A DNA stretch of 63,725 nucleotides, filler included, from Octopus bimaculoides (taxonomy: Eukaryota): assembly GCF_001194135.2 (NCBI RefSeq). It is 5 parts of 5 records of this genome, joined end to end, with 100 filler letters (N's around TTAATTAATTAA, not from the genome) between each part and the next. Parts side by side here need not be neighbours in the genome. Positions count along the whole stretch, not along the records: positions 61,552 to 63,725 come from NW_026394107.1; 4 more parts are not named here. One strand, 5' to 3'. The translations under genes were made by a program, and so were the position numbers. Position 1 is the first letter of the stretch; each line of letters begins with the position of its first letter. The notes under the pieces are model-generated. The model made no database searches. It had not been told where the DNA came from and saw only the letters and a list, made by a program, of their open reading frames with translations. Below are positions 62,528 through 63,725 of this stretch, one piece after another.

Positions 62528-63545
62528 NGGGGGGGGGGGGGGGACAGAGTGGGAGAGAGAAAGAAAGTGAGGGAAAGATAGAGAGAGAGGGGGAATCGAG
62601 AGAGAGGAGATGATGGCGAGAGAATGAGATAGAGAGTTAGAGACAGATGGGGAGATGGACGGAGAGAAGATGAGCGGGGGATTTGTGAGATAAACGGTGA
62701 TGGCGGGAGAATGAGATAAAGAAAATGAGAGAGGGGTGGAAGAAGAGTGGGGGGAGGAGAGAGAGATAGAGAGAGAAGCATCTCAGAGAAAAAGAGATGG
62801 TGATACTAAGAGAATGAGAAAAGGGGAGAGACGGGGCGGATAAAGTGGGCGATTTGTAAGAGAATGCAGGAGAAAAAAAGAGGTAGATTATGTGAGAGGG
62901 AGGAAGAGAGAGGAAGAGAGATTGTGTGGAAGAGATAGTGAATGAAAGAAAGTGAGAGGCGGAGATAATGAGTTAGAGACAGAGGGAGAGAGAGATGGAA
63001 AGTGAGGAAGAGAGAGGAAGCGATGATGAGAATGACCGAGAGAAAAGAAAGAGTGAGGTGTGATGAAGAGAGATAAAGAGTGAGAGAGAGAAATGATAAT
63101 AACTGAGAGAGGAAAAAGACGTAATAAGTGATTAAGAGAGAAGGGGGAGATAGAAGGAGGGAGGAGGCAGAGTTGATGAGTGAAATAGAGAGGTGGAGAG
63201 TGAGGGAGGGAGGGAGAGAGATACAGAAAGAGAGGTGAGAAAGAAAAAGATGTAGGCAAAGAGATGATTAAAGATTAGGATTTAAAAGGCTTGAGAGAAG
63301 TTTATGTGGGAGAGAGGGACAGAAAGAGAGACTGAGAGAAAGAGCGAGTGAGAGAGGGAGAGAGAGAGAGAGAGTTCAGGGAGGTAAAGGTAAGAGAAAA
63401 GGAAGGACATAAGTGGGAGGAGGGATAAAAAGAGATAGAGATGGGCGGAGAAAGAAGAGAGAGAGAGAGAGAGAGAATAGGAAGAGGAGAAGGAGAGAGA
63501 GAAGGAAAGAGAGTAGGAAGGGGGAGACAGGGGGAGGAAGAAAGA
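62528..63545 (+). repeat. ~1-kb GA-rich low-complexity polypurine tract
   Basis: Strongly purine-biased + strand with (GA)n runs. Confidence 0.9.
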
Positions 63546-63692
63546 TTAAAATGATTGGGAGATGTCGTGGTGTGTGTGTGTATGTATGTGTGAATGCGTG
63601 TGTTTGGAAGTTGAAGGCGGGAGAAAGTCTAAGCGGAAAAGGAATAACTGCCTATCTCTCTCTCTGTCTGTCTCTCTCTCTGTCTGTCTGTC

Positions 63693-63725
<33 letters not shown>

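Overview
AT-rich, microsatellite- and SINE-dense animal genomic DNA. The repeat landscape looks octopod cephalopod (my inference from the repeats, not a database result). The window is a join of five assembly pieces separated by artificial 44N-TTAATTAATTAA-44N spacers, plus many ordinary N gaps. The one confidently identified host gene is the 5' half of an hnRNP U-like (HNRNPUL1-type) gene on the + strand. It has seven phase-consistent GT-AG exons from 10428 to 19611, encoding SAP domain, acidic region, an Arg/Ser-rich segment and the start of the SPRY domain, and it is cut off at the first spacer. The rest is mostly transposon debris: a Merlin (IS1595-like) transposase, Tc1/mariner relics, a piggyBac 5' end with TTAA MITEs, RTE-type and other LINE fragments, three Penelope-like pieces (RT/GIY-YIG) and several SINE families, some in tandem arrays. 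Most worth follow-up: a tRNA-Thr-like cassette enclosed in inverted repeats, a minimal hammerhead-ribozyme-like motif, two SINEs sharing one triplicated 17-bp target site, two near-loopless palindromes (75 and 54 bp), the RS segment and a possible poison exon in the hnRNP U-like gene, and candidate exons of unidentified genes. Repeat boundaries are approximate.
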